From: Malacoraja senta
Lineage: Eukaryota
Reading direction: 5' to 3'
Assembly (NCBI GenBank): GCA_038087875.1
Contig: JAXLNO010000206.1
Span: 1 to 46,603 of the forward strand
Length of the DNA stretch: 46,603 bases
Shown: in pieces, positions 1 through 12,453 of the stretch
Layout: each line of letters begins with the position of its first letter
Position numbering within the stretch: the first letter of the stretch is position 1
The notes under the pieces: generated by a model
The model's input: only the letters and a program-made list of their open reading frames with translations
What the model was told of the DNA's origin: nothing
Databases searched by the model: none
Position numbers and translations under genes: made by a program

Positions 1-2699
1 CTTTAAGTAGATGTGAAGTGTTGGTTGGGGAGGGGGGGAGGGGAGGGTTAAGTTTGTGTTTATCGAACTTGCAATAGAACTCGTTCAGCTCATATAGACT
101 CAAATTTGCTGATTTATTTTTTTGCTTGCAAATTAAGACACTATGTCTTTGTTGAAGTACCTAAAGAAACCAGCTCTAGAGGAAGAGTGTGCAAAAGGAA
201 GTAGTGCATTTCTGAAAGAAAGTGAAACAAACAGGACTCAAGAGGAGGTATGTTCAGGAGACGTCACTTGTGAAGGGTGACAAGGAAACTGAGGACAACA
301 AATTTAAAAATACAGTTATGTATGTTACCGATGATGACGCTGTTAATGATACAGGTAAGGAAAAACTTAATCTCGAGGAAATACCAGGACCAAAGTACCC
401 TCTCCTCAAAACTCAAGCAAAGAAAGTGGAACGAAGAATATATCAAGTATGTCTTTTTCCTTTCCCAAGATGAACTAACAAGCCCTACTCCCTCAGCTCA
501 GTGCTTGTTTTGCAGTGTAAAATATAGCAACCAGTGCCTGACTACTTCAAAATTACAGACTCATTTAAGAACAAAACATAGCAATCATCAAAACAAGTCC
601 ATACAGTTTTTCAAAAACACATGTGAGTAGTTGTGGAAGCAGCAGAATTTCTTCCAGTTGATGGTAAAGAATAACACTGCGACTAAAAAAACTCTTCTTC
701 TTGCCTCTCTTCAAATATCACATGTGCTCATGAAAGAAAAAAAGCCATACACAGGGGCTGAGAAAGTTGTCAAACCGTGTTTGAAAATCGTTGCCAATCT
801 ACTACATGGTGGAAAGCAAGCAGTGGTTAAAGTAGTGCAAATTCCTTTGTCCAATGAAACAATGAAACTTCGATCTACTATGGTTGCTGAAGATCTGAAG
901 CATCAGCTGATGGTGAAACTGTTGGAAGTACCATTTTTCGCTCTGCAGTTTGATGAAACTACGGACATTAAAAACGATGCACAATTCATTGTGTATTGTT
1001 AGTTCCCAGATCAAAGCTTGGGAAAAATTGTCGAGCAATTTCTCTTTTGCTTGCCAATCGGAGAGCAAACTACAGGTGAATTTATTTTCTCCAAGCTTGA
1101 CAAATTCATGGAAAATGAAAAGTTATCTTGGAGCAAATGTGTTGCTGTGACCACAGACAGTGCTGCAGTCATGATGGGGAAACATAAAGGAGCCACCGCT
1201 CACATCAAAGAAAAATCCCAGAATTGCATCTTTTTACATTGTTGTTTACATCGGGAAGCACTGGCTGCCAAGAAACTGAACACTCATTGCAATGACCAGA
1301 AAAATGAGCTGGAAGAATTGTTACAAGATATGGTGCAAATTGTCAATTCTATTCGCCCGCAAGCAAAAAAATGTTGTCTGTTTTCAGAGCTATGCAAGGA
1401 TATGTCTGCAGATCACATGATTCTCCTCCTGCATTCTGAGGTTCGATGGTTGTCACGTGGAAGAGTTCTTGAAAGAGTACTGTCCCTGAAGAATGAACTG
1501 TCTGTATTTTTTACTGAGCAAGGTGACATGAAAGCAATGCATTTCAACAATGATTTTTGGCCGGCCAAATTGTGTTACATGACTTCTATTTTTGAACATT
1601 TGAATTGGCTCAATTTGTCACTTCAAGGTAAAGGAGGTGACATCTTTGATGCCCTTGGGAAAATGGAAGCCATGAAAATGAAGATCACCATGTGATCAGC
1701 CACGAGTAATGATGACAACAACTTTCCTGTCTGAACGAGGATTTTCGACCTTGGTAGAACTGAAATCCAAAAAAACGGAATTCACTTCAGTATGTTGATT
1801 CAGTAATGCGGGTTGCTTTGGTGAAGGAAATTGAACCTTGGTTTGAGAAGCTTGTCACAGGAGTACAGGAGCATCCTAGTAATTGATGATAAAAAACATA
1901 CATGTAAGTATAGAAGTATACTGCTTGTCATTTATTTGTGGTACTCATACACAATAACAAAACATTGTTTCTAAGAATCTAATTCTAAGTTCTAAGACCG
2001 TTGCTTACTAACTTTACTTGAAGAAAAACTAGAAAAATTCTAATAATTTTTCTGTTCTTAACTTTTTTTGTCACTCGTAGTTGGGAGGATGGGAGGGCGC
2101 CAGATATTCAGAACTGAGCAACAGACAATGTTGTGATGATGTTTTGAGCATGCATGTGACATATACATGCCAGTACACATGTACAACTTTTAAAATATAC
2201 CTGGATTTGGAAGAGCCAGCTTCTGGAGAGAAGTATACCAAATATGGCAGTATTGTGAGTTTTCGTCTGGGAGAGTTATAGAAAGTTATATTAGTTGGAT
2301 ACTAATATATTAAATCACATATTCCATGGTTTTTTTAGCTCGTTTTCCAAGAGAAAAACTGCAGCAATCAAAGCCCGAGGGGTAGGATGGGGCTGAAGCC
2401 CAGTGTTTATGTTGGAATGTTTTTTTATCATTCTAACAGAATGATTTTACAACTCCAGTGGTAATTAAACTTTTTTTTTTCACACCTAGTTTTCTTTACA
2501 TATGTTTAGGATGTTCAAAAAGTTGAATAAAATAAACACAAGAATGAGTTAAGTTATGTTTTTTGCTCATGTGACAAAATAAATGATATATAAAATTATA
2601 CACGAGGGAGAATAAGACGAAAATTACCGAAAAACATATGAAAATTTAGTCGATGGTGAATTAAATTTTGTGATAAATGCTCAAGGGTGAATGACACTG
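1..2699 (+). mobile_element. hAT DNA transposon remnant; left end probably outside the window
   Basis: Transposase followed by an AT-rich subterminal region ending ...gggtgaatgacactg at 2699. Its reverse complement starts CAGTG, as Charlie/Buster TIRs do. The partner TIR is not visible. Confidence 0.55.
143..1886 (+). pseudogene. Decayed hAT-superfamily (Buster/Charlie-like) transposase
   Basis: ORFs 277-630, 631-1002 and 1018-1695 share one frame, broken by stops. Motifs: BED-type finger (QCLFC...KLQTHLRTKH), FALQFDETTD, VTTDSAAVMMG, HCCLHREALAAK, HSEVRWLSRGRVLERV. A frameshifted C-terminal remnant (TTFLSERGFSTL...RNSL...IEPWFEKLV...QEHPSN*) lies at 1712-1886 after an internal deletion. ATG at 143 (MSLLKYLKKP). 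Confidence 0.9.
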
Positions 2700-3055
2700 A
2701 AATAGTTTAAGAAGCACTGGGGTAGACGTTCAGGAACTTTTTTTCCCAGGTGGAAATATCAAAGACTAGAGGGCATAGCTTTAAGGTGAAAAGGGCAAGG
2801 TTTAAAGGTAATGCGCAGGGTGAGTTTTTTACACGGAGAGTGGTGGGTGCCTGGGATGTGCTGCCAGGCATGGTAATAGGGACAGATATGATAGGAGTAC
2901 ATAAGAGGATTTTTGAGAGGCACATGGATATGCAGGGTATGGAGGGAGATGGATCACGTAAGGCAAAGCAGATTTGTTTAACACTAGACTAAGTGGGACC
3001 CATTGGGACTGGTTTCCAGAGGGCTAGTATGGACATTGTGGGCCGAATGGATTCT

Positions 3056-3368
3056 TGGGCTGGCAGCTTAGTCACTCAGGTCTGGTTGGCTGTCAGCTCA
3101 GTCACTCAGGACTGGTGAGCTGGCAGCTCACTCACTCATGCCTGGTGGGCTGGAATTTCATTCACTCAGACCTGGTGAGCTGGCAGTTCATTCACTCAGA
3201 CCTGGTGGGCTGGAAACTCAGTCACCCAGGGCTGGTGGACTGGCAGCTCAGTCACTCAGGGCTGGTGGGCTGGCAGCTCAGTCACTCAGGGCTGGTGGGC
3301 TGGCAGCTCAGTCACTCAGGGCTGGTGGGCTGGCAGATCAGTCACTCAGGGCTGGTGGGCTGGCAGTT
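3056..3368. repeat. 30-bp minisatellite, ~10 copies (gggctggcagctcagtcactcagggctggt)
   Basis: Tandem array seen directly; explains the repetitive ORF GWQLSHSGLV. Confidence 0.95.
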
Positions 3369-3393
3369 CACATGTGGCTCTTCCTTGAAATTC

Positions 3394-3751
3394 CATTTCA
3401 AGCAGAGTGCAGGACACCAAATTCAGTTTCACAGCATTTCAAGCTGAGTGCAGGCCACCAAATTCAGTTTCACAGCATTTCTAGCAGAGTGCAGGCCTCC
3501 AAATTCAGTTTCACAGCATTTCAAGCAGAGTGCAGGCTACCAAATTCAGTTCCACAGCATTTCAAGCAGAGTGCAGGCCACCAAATTCAGTTTCACAGCA
3601 TTTCAAGTAGAGTGCAGGCCACCAAATTCAGTTTCACAGCATTTCAAGCAGAGTGCAGGCCATCAAATTCAGTTTCACAGCATTTCAAGCAGAGTGCAGG
3701 CCACCAAATTAAATTTCATAGCATTTCAAGCAGAGTGCAGGCCATCAAATT
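3394..3751. repeat. 41-bp minisatellite, ~8.5 copies (catttcaagcagagtgcaggccaccaaattcagtttcacag)
   Basis: Tandem array seen directly; the translated peptides cycle through all three frames. Confidence 0.95.
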
Positions 3752-4269
3752 GCCAAACAACTCATTGCATTGTCATTAAGGGCTAACAAATCATTTATTA
3801 CAAGTACATTACAGACTCACAGTTCAGTTGATTCTCAGCTTAGAATCACAGTCGTGGACTCTCCCTCGCAATCTTCCAGAGTGACTGACTCATGTCCAGG
3901 CATCCGGGGTTTTATTGTCCTGCTCCCCCCCGGGAAGGGGCGTTTCCTTCATCGTGGTGATTGACAGGCGAAAGGACCAATCAGCTGATCTCAATATTTT
4001 TTAAACACTCATAACTTTTTTATTTTTCATAGATCGGACAAATCCCCGGGGCTGCCTCAGCGGAGGAGGACTGTGAGTAAGATGGCCAAAAATCATAGCG
4101 ATATATGGTAGTGTTTTTTCTAAAATCAATATACAGCGCAGACAGGAAGTGGTCAAGATGAGACTTTTAGTTATATAGATGTTGTCATGTTAGGCACACA
4201 CATTGTAGGCTGCAGGGCTTAATCTGGTGCTGTATTGTTCTATGTTCAATGCTCTATGTTTTATTTTCT

Positions 4270-4385
4270 GCATATCCATTGGCCTATCTAAAGGACTTAA
4301 ATGCCACCACAGCATCTGGTTTCACCACCATCCCCAGCAGCACATTCCAGGCATCCACCACTTTGTGTAAGAAACATGCCCTACC
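4270..4385 (-). mobile_element. CR1 LINE 3' fragment
   Basis: Minus-strand FLHKVVDAWNVLLGMVV...AFK motif. Confidence 0.65.
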
Positions 4386-4459
4386 CATCACTAATTGTAC
4401 TTTTAATTCTTTTACCTGGAAAGACAGTGCTGAGGGGCATTTTTCTTTCAATTTATCAG

Positions 4460-5900
4460 GATATATTGGTATTTTGAAGGTACATAGTTCCTTGAACATG
4501 GTGTCATGTGTAGATAAGGTGGTCAAAAAGGTTTTCAGCACATTGGACCATCAATCAGAGTATTGAGTATAGAAGTTGGGAGGCCATGTTACAGTTATAT
4601 AAGATGTTCGTGAGGCCGCATTTAGAGTATTGTGTTCAGTGTTCACAATCACAATATTTTATTCGCCAAGTATGTTCTGCAACATATGAGGACTTTCATT
4701 TGCCAAGTCAGTCATACAAATAAAAAGCAACGGAACACGCAAAACACATTATAACATAAACATCATTACAGTGACCCTCCACATTCCTCACTGTGATGGA
4801 AGGCGAAAAAAAGTTCAACCTTTTCCCTTTGCTCTCCTGCAGTCGGGTTCCTCGAGCCCTCCGTTGACGGGATGATTTTGACTCCCGTAGCCGGCGGTGG
4901 GCCCTCTGCATCGAGGTGATTAGCTCTTGCATCAGGGAGATGTCAGCTCCCCTGCGCCGGACGATTGAACCCCGCATCGGGTCTGGTCGAACCTTCCACG
5001 ACATTGGAGCTCCCGACATCCACGGTCTCTCCCGAGACTGCGAGCTCCCAATGTAAAGTCCGCAGGCCATGGTTGGAGCGATCCTAGGCAAGGGATCTAC
5101 TCCGATGTTAAGTCCACACCTCCGCGGTGGGCCCAAGGTCAGTCCGAGGAGGCCTCCAGCTCCATCGATGGTAGGCCGCAGAATGACCGTAGAATGCGAT
5201 CCGAAAATCACATCTCCTGTAAGGTAAGAAACTGAGAAAAAAGTTTCCCCCTCCCCCCACATAACACAAACCGGAGAACATTTACAGACTTTTAACACAC
5301 ACTAAGAATTTTTTAAAAAAGACAAAAAAAACAGACTGTTGGCATGGCTGCCATTTGTGCAGCGCCCCTGGTGGTCACCATGTTATAGGAAAAATGTTGT
5401 CAAACTGGAAAGGGTGCCGAGGATGTTGCCAGGACTCAGGGGTCTGAGTTATAGGGAGAGATTGAGCAGGCTAGGACATTCCTTGGAGAGCAAGGTTTCA
5501 AGGTTTCAAGGTTCATTGTCACATGTACCTATTAAGATACAGTGAAATTTGAGTTACCAGGAGGATGGGGAGCAATCTTATAGAGGTGTAAAAAATCATG
5601 AATGAAATAAATTGGGTAAATACACAGAGTCTTTTGTCCAGAGTAGGGGACTCGAGAACCAGAGGAAATGGGTTTAAGGTGAGGGGAGAAAGATTTAGTA
5701 GTAACCTGAGGGATAACCTATTTACACAAAGGGTAATGGGAGTATGGAAGGAGTTGCCAGAGGAGGTAGTTGAGGCAGGTACTATGCAATGTTTAGAAAC
5801 ATTTGGACGTGGATAGGCAAATGGAACTATTGAAGATGGGGCATGTTGGTCAACGTGGGCAAGATGGGCCGAAGGGCCATTTTCCACACTGTATCTTTAA
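4460..5900 (+). mobile_element. CR1 LINE 3' portion, interrupted at ~4642-5370 and ~5492-5558
   Basis: VRPHLEYCVQ / WSPCYRKNVVKLERV / RTRGNGFKV...FTQRVMGVW motifs and a gggccgaagggcc...tttccacactgtat tail. Confidence 0.8.
4642..5370 (-). mobile_element. Unclassified non-autonomous retroposon with Rex1/Babar-like 3' tail
   Basis: GC-rich insert that splits the CR1 YCVQ|WSP motif. The minus-strand 3' end reads ...ggcgAATAAAatattgtgattgtga. Confidence 0.5.
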
Positions 5901-7357
5901 ATTAAACAAATAAATATTTGGCCAAGCCAGACCATTGAAAGGATTGCTTCTCTTTATGGGAGACCAATGAAACTCTCTCAAACATGGCTCTATTACTCTA
6001 TGAAATAGGCTTTGCTGGAAAGGCTAATAATTTTTGGCCATACCCAATTGCCTTTGTGAATCTTGAGGGTGAACCAGCTGCCTGAATTGTTGGAGTTCCT
6101 TGGCAAATGTTCTCTCAAGTTCATTCTCTGTTCAGTCAGGAGTTCCAGGATTTAGACTCAGAGTCGATGAAGACGAGATGTTGAATCACGAATTTTGGGT
6201 ACTTTGAATAACGCAGCAGCCAATGGCTGTTTGGTACATCTGCTGCTCATTGTGGCTTGGGACCACTCGAGGCATAGGAATTAAACTCTGGATCAAAACA
6301 ATTGCTTTCGCAAATAAGGTGAGAAAAATGGCTCTCAGGTGCAATTAGTACGTATAAAATGTATGTATATGGTCCGATCATTAGCATGGGATCTCAACAA
6401 AATGGAAATAACAAGCAAATAGTGCAGCAAACAACTATAAACTCAAGGATTTAGTTGCAAGTGGCCTGTGTAAAACAACTATTTGACTTTTTACAGAAAT
6501 GCCCGGATACACTGGAAAAAATGGTGTATTTCCTCACCCACATACTGCCTCACCTCCATGACAACCATTCCTCCCACTCTGTTGTAGCTGCCTTGAGGAG
6601 TGCTCTTCTGATTCAATAGTTGGTGTAACAATGACATGGCAACTGCAAGCTCCTCATGGAACTCACAGTGGGAATGACACAAGACACACTGTAGCATGGG
6701 GATCTGAGCACAAAATACCCAAACACCTTTTTTTAACAGGTTTTTGTCAATTTCACAATCTTTTAAAGAGATCAGCGCCAAATGGGAGGTGATCTCGGAA
6801 TTCCTAAACATAGATAACTAACAGTAAATTCTACTGTATGTTTATATGTGGAATGCAGAAACACTGGCCTTAATATTTACTGGGAGGCAGGCAGACAGAC
6901 AGACAGACTGATCAACCGAGATGGATACAGAAACAGAGACAGAGACAGGTGCCTGTTGTGCTGCTGCAAGTAAGAATTTAATCGTTTTATCTGGGACATG
7001 AAAATAAAACACTCTTGACTTGACTCTTTGGGCTTGTGAGATGTCCAGATAAACAGAGGCCCTCCAGAATTTAATGGCAGGATTACTTAAATAATAAATA
7101 GGATTATTTAAATATTTTTTTCCTCCAATTACTGCCTGGATTAAGTGGCTGTTTAACTGCTGGGTATGTACGTCATCAGTCGGGAAACACACATGGTGGC
7201 CCAAGGGACGACCAGCAATGATAAGGGTGGTGATCGGACATTGGATTGTGAAAGGACTGATGTGCGAAGGAGCAGCAAGGAAGTAAATAGAAGAGAATTG
7301 TGATCAAGGTCAGCCAATCCTGGGTGGGGGACAGCCACAGGCTGGATGAAAGCTGTA

Positions 7358-7678
7358 GGGCGGCCACAATGGTGCAGCGGTAGAGTTTCTGCCTTGCAGC
7401 GCTTGCAGCGCCGGAGACCCGTGTTCGATCCTGACTACGGGTGTTGTCTGTACGGAGATTGTACATTCTCCCCGTGACTGCGTGGGGGTTTCTCCGAGAC
7501 CTTCTATTTCCTCCCACACTCCAAAGACCTACTGGTTTGTAGGTTAATTGGCTTGGTGTATGTGAAAATTGTCCCTAGTGTGTGTAGGATAGTGTTAATG
7601 TGCGGGGATCGCTGGTCGGCGCGGACTCGGTGGGCCGAAGGGCATGTTTCCACGCTGTATCTCTAAACTAAACTAAAA
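7358..7678 (+). mobile_element. tRNA-derived SINE (HE1/V-SINE-like) with CR1-type tail
   Basis: A box tggtgcagcggt, B box gttcgatcc, central gtacattctccccgtgactgcgtggg, tail ctgtatctctaaactaaactaaa. Confidence 0.85.
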
Positions 7679-9224
7679 AAGTCCAAAGCTGCTGACTGGA
7701 GTTGGGATCACTCAATCCAGGGAAAGTCGAGTGATCAGATGATTGAATCGTTTGTGGGACAGGCCATTTGATGGCATGACTGCTTATAGTATTGTACGGT
7801 GGATCAATTGTGGAGAAAGATGAACACTCCCTAATTAACTTTCATTAAAAGAGGTACTATGAGGTACTATGATGCCAATATTGTACTGAGTACAATAGAA
7901 TGCTATTTTAGACTATGGAAAAAAGTTCCTATTCAATGCATTTTAAAGGCTGTACAATATTCAGGTGACTCAATGCAAGAGGAAACATACAACTTTAAAT
8001 AACCTTCCTAGTGACTACAGGATTGGATTTAGGTTGAATACTTGATTTACACATAAGCCAATTTGAGATGAAATATAGTGTCAAGTGATGCAAGATTAGG
8101 TTAAAATTGGAACTACTGACTGTGAAAAGATATTGTTAACCTTGGCTAGAATAGTGTTCAAGTCAAGCAGAGAGATAGAACTGCATAAACACTCCAAGAA
8201 GATGAGTTAATGCCACCTATCAACACACTCTTGAATGACTGGAACACACTCTTGAATGACTTTGTAGTTTTTGCTTGTGATATTGTTGAATTTTGCTTTT
8301 CTTTTAAGTTTATTTCCTTCATTAAAATTGTCCCTTTGAAAATGGTTGTGTTCTGCAAAGGGTTCCAATGTTTTTTCAGTTTCTTCTTCATATGACATTC
8401 CTCGTGAAACACAGGGGAATCAGGTTAGAGATCATGATTCCTCCTGTTAAATGCACGACTCAGAACTCTGAACTGAACATGAAACACATATTTTCATAAA
8501 ATTTGTTTGGAAAACTCAGTCACAACTTGAAACAATATTTGAATTCCATCAAGAATATTTGACATTTGCTTCCTCCAGTGGGTACATATACTGCAGCTGG
8601 CTTCATTCAGAGAAGCAAGGGGTTTTAAGCTGCAGGAGTTTGATGATTGCTGGCAGTCTTTTGATGCAATTGGTTAACAGCAGGTGAGCTGGTGGCCTTG
8701 GGTGTTCAGATTAACAGTAGCAGGTGGCTTTCTCGTAGCCTTGTAAATAACAAAAAGAGCACTTTGCATTTAAAAAAAAACACACCAATACTCTTCAAAA
8801 TCAAATGTTAAAACAGAGGAGTATAAAAAAAAGACTACTGGCAAGGTCGTTAACCACACTCTGTTGATCAAAGGGGAAAATGTTCATGGAACAATGTTGA
8901 AGCTGTCCAATAGTTATGACATGCACAAAATAACCTTTGCAAGAATTGTTCAAATATTATTCTCCAGGCGAAAAACACCAATAAGCATATAATCATAAAG
9001 TAAGAACAACGTTTGTTTTTAAAACTAATGCAATATTGTTTTTTTATCAATGCACGTCTCTTAATAAATCTTGGACCTTTTCGTACAGATTTTCTCTGGT
9101 TAAGGGATTGAATTTATCAATATTTTCTGGTGGAGTAGCAGAATATAAGTGGAATGTCATTTGTGAGTATTGCATCTTGATTTATTTCTTGCTTTTCTGA
9201 GACTTCTTATGGAATGCTTGCATT

Positions 9225-9808
9225 GAGTCAAGAAGTCATGTTGCAACTTTATAGGACTTTGGTTTAGGTCACATTTGGAGTATTGTGTGCAGTTCTGGTT
9301 CCCAATTAAAGAAAGAATGTAGAGGATTTGGAGAGTGTGCAGAAATCGACATTTTACCAAAATACTGCCTGGATTAGAAATTATTAGCTATAAAGAGCGG
9401 TTGGACAAACTTGGATTATTTTCTTTAGAGTGTCAGAGGATGAGGGGAGACCTGATAAAAGTATATACAATTATAAGAGGCATAGATAGGGTAGACAGTC
9501 AGAACCTTTTTCCCCAGAGTGGAAATGACAAAGACTAGAGGGCATTGCTTTAAGGGGAGAAGGGCAAAGTTTAAAGGAGATATGCGGGCCAGGTTTTTTG
9601 CACAGACAGTGGTAGGTGCCTGGTTTGCGCTGCTCGTGGTGGTGGTTAGATATGATAGTGGCGTTTAAGAGGCTTTTGGATAGACACATGAATATGCAGG
9701 GAATGGATCAAGTGCAGGCAGATAAGGTTAGTTTGACTTGGCATTATGTTTGACGCGGTCACTGTGAGCCAAAGGACTTGTTCCTGTGTTGTACTGTTCT
9801 ATGTTCTT
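9225..9808 (+). mobile_element. CR1 LINE 3' fragment
   Basis: RSHLEYCVQFW, SYKERLDKLGLFSLE and KTRGH motifs; tail tgtactgttctatgttct. Confidence 0.85.
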
Positions 9809-10104
9809 GCAAGGATGAGTCCCAGCTGTCTTAAGTTAGCTTCTCAACAAGAGACAGGAATATAGCAGCTGTAAACTAGTCACCCTGAGAAAATAACCTC
9901 AGCGGTGGTCAACCAAACCACCACGGTGGTTCACAAAACATTCCTTCCTTTTAGGTACCTAAAAGTGGTTTGTTGCCTTACTCTACTGGCAACCAAATTT
10001 TCCACTCCAGTGGGTTGGTAACACCTTCTCATTAATCATACACATCTCTGGGTGTTCTTGCTTTATGGAACATCTATTATTGCATGGCCATCATCACCAT
10101 TTCA

Positions 10105-10875
10105 TGTGGTAGGAGCAGAATTAGGCCATTTGGCCCATCAAGTCTACCGCATTCAATCATGGCTGGTCTATCTCTCCCTCCTAACCCCATTCTCTTGACT
10201 TCTCCCCATAACCCCTGACACCCATACTGATCAAGAATCAATCTATCTCTGCCTTAAAAATATCCATTGACTTGGCCTCCACAGCCTTCTGTGGCAAATA
10301 ATTCCACAGATTCATCACCCTCTGACTAAAGAATTTCCTTTTCATCTCCTTCCGAAAGGAGCGTCCTTTAATTCTGAGGCTATGACCTCTAGTTCTAGAC
10401 TCTCCCACTAGTGGAAACATCCTCTCCACATCCAATCTATCCAAGCCTTTAACTATTTGGTACATTTCAATGAGGTCCCCCCTCATTCTTTTAAGCTCCA
10501 GCGAGTACAGGCCCAGTGCTGTCAAACACTCCTCATATGTTAACCCACTCATTCCTGGGATCATTCTTGTAAACCTCTGGACCCTCTCCAGGGCCAGCAC
10601 ATCCTTCCTCGGCTATGGTGCCCCGAATTGCTCACAATACTCCAAATGCGGCCTGACCAGTGCCTTATGGAGCCTCAGCATTACATCCTTGTTTCTGTAT
10701 TCTAGCCCTCTTGAAATAAATGCTAGCATTGCGTTTGCCTTCTTTACTACCGATTCTACTTGCAGATTAACTTTTTGGGAAACCTTCACCAGCACTCCCA
10801 AGTCCCTTTGCACCTAAGATTTATGGATTCTCTCCCTATATAGAAAATAGTCTATGCCTTTATTCCTACTACCAA
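10105..10875 (-). mobile_element. CR1 LINE 3' fragment
   Basis: ORFs 10613-10813 and 10238-10600: QRDLGVLV, VRPHLEYC, RTRGHSLRI, FFSQRV. Confidence 0.9.
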
Positions 10876-11386
10876 AATGCATGACTGCACACTCTAAATT
10901 CTCTGAAGTCTCAACATCTGAGAAACTAACCTCTTGGGATTCTCTGACTATTTAAGTAATGGCTTCTCTCAGGAATCTGTGCTCAGTGGCCTACATGCAC
11001 TATGGTAAGATCAGTAGGTCAACTACAATTCTCATCAAACAGATTAGAGAAATTCTCAAGAGATAATTTGGCAGTAGATGACTTCCTATTATATATTTCA
11101 AGATTAATCCACCTGATATAGTGATTTGACAGTTATTCTGCATAACTTTCTGCATATTACACCTTTCTGCTTATTCTGCATATTATGCCACCAGCATAAT
11201 CAAGGACAAGGAGGGAGCGGCAGTGAGGGAGCGGCCTTGTGAGGGAAGGGCCCTGTGGGTAAAGTGTGATTCTTTGGCTCGAGAGTCCTCATGAGTAAAG
11301 TGTGAGTCATTGGCTCAAGAGTCTTTGGCGAGGAGGCTGAGGAAAGGCTACGCATAAAGCTCGAGAGGACGGAACGCGGTGAACAC

Positions 11387-12260
11387 ATGTCGGGGCAGAT
11401 GAGAGTGCGAGGCTTGCAAAATGTGGGAGCCCAGGCTGTTACAACTGTGGCAAGTGCATCCACCTTCAGCTCCTACAGGACTGTGTTGGGGCACTGGAGA
11501 AGCAGCTGGATGACCTCAGGGCCATCCAGGAAAACAAGTTTCCTGGACAGGACCTACAGTGAGGTAGTCGCGCCGTGGATACGGGAGAACCAAGGTGTGT
11601 GACGGAGAGAAAGGGTGGAAATCGTGTAGTGCTGTGCCTAATGAAAACAGGTACGCCCTCTTGGGAACTGTCGGGGGAGACGATGTTTCCAGTCCGAGCG
11701 GCGGACACGTCGGTGGCTCCAATCCTAGAGATGAGACTCGACCGGCGAGACCGACATCGGGTAGTGCCCTAGTGGTGGGTGACTCCATTGTCCGAGGAGC
11801 AGACAGGAGATTCTGTGGCGGCAGACGAGATGCGAGGATGGTCTGTTGCCTCCCTGGTGCCAGGGTTCAGGATGTCACGAGCCAAATTCAGAACATTCGA
11901 GAGAGAGAGAGAAGGTGAACAGCCGGCATTAGTTGTGCACGTAGACACAAACGACATCGGGAAGAAGAGGAAGGAGGTTCTCCAACATGAGTTCAGAAAG
12001 TTGGGAACAAGACTGAAAGGCAGGACTTCTAGAGTGGTTATCTCTGGACTGCTTCCAGTACCGCATGCTAGTGAGGACAGGAACAGGGAGATAGGGGATC
12101 TGAATGTGGGGCTGGTGCAGGGAGCAAGGATTTAGATTTATAGACCACTGGGATCTCTTCTGGGATAGGGGTGACCTGTACAAAAGGGATGGGTTACACC
12201 TTAACAGGAGGGGGACCGACATTTTGGCAGGCAAATTTGCTAGGGCTACATGTGTGGGTT
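11387..12260 (+). pseudogene. CR1 ORF1: zinc finger/coiled coil plus SGNH esterase, frameshifted
   Basis: CGKC...LEKQLDDLRAI, then VVGDSIVRG, CLPGARVQDV, VVHVDTND and DGLHLN blocks. Confidence 0.85.
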
Positions 12261-12453
12261 TAAACTAAATAGTGGGGGGGAGGGATTGACAAATTTGGAG
12301 TATAAAGATGGAGTTGAAGGGGAAGTGACTACAGGAAAAATTACAAAAGATTCTCGAATTAATGGGAAGGAAAGCTCGAGAATGGACAACAGAGTAATGT
12401 CAGGGCCAATTGCGAGGGGGGACGTGAATAAGGAGGTCAAAGTGCTGTGTATG

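Larger units (their letters stand above)
2984..4179 (-). mobile_element. Non-autonomous Helitron
   Basis: Minus strand starts TCTATATAACTAAAAG (4179) and ends ...cccaatgggtcccacttagtCTAG (2984) with an imperfect subterminal hairpin. It sits between A and T with no TSD and splits a CR1 tail. Confidence 0.8.
2735..4260 (+). mobile_element. CR1 LINE 3' fragment interrupted by the Helitron (CR1 parts ~2735-2983 and 4180-4260)
   Basis: KTRGHSFKV...FFTRRVVGAWDVLP C-terminal motif. The 3' UTR continues across the Helitron to ...tgtattgttctatgttc, similar to the copy ending near 9808. Confidence 0.8.

Noticed and set aside
277..1695. Domesticated ZBED8/SCAND3-like host gene
   Set aside because: In-frame stops, an internal deletion and a probable TIR indicate a dead transposon.
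3055..3786. Repetitive ORFs, or a CRISPR-like array
   Set aside because: Head-to-tail minisatellites with no unique spacers, inside a Helitron, in eukaryotic DNA; the ORFs are by-products.
6664..6747. V(D)J RSS heptamer CACAGTG and nonamer GGTTTTTGT
   Set aside because: Neither has a partner at 12- or 23-bp spacing, and no Ig/TCR segment is visible.
7358..7440. tRNA genes at the SINE heads
   Set aside because: A/B boxes are present, but they run into SINE bodies and form no full cloverleaf.
8158..8745. Short ORFs and a 21-bp tandem duplication (~8222-8261) in unique DNA
   Set aside because: No recognisable motifs, and stops in all frames downstream of the putative acceptor.
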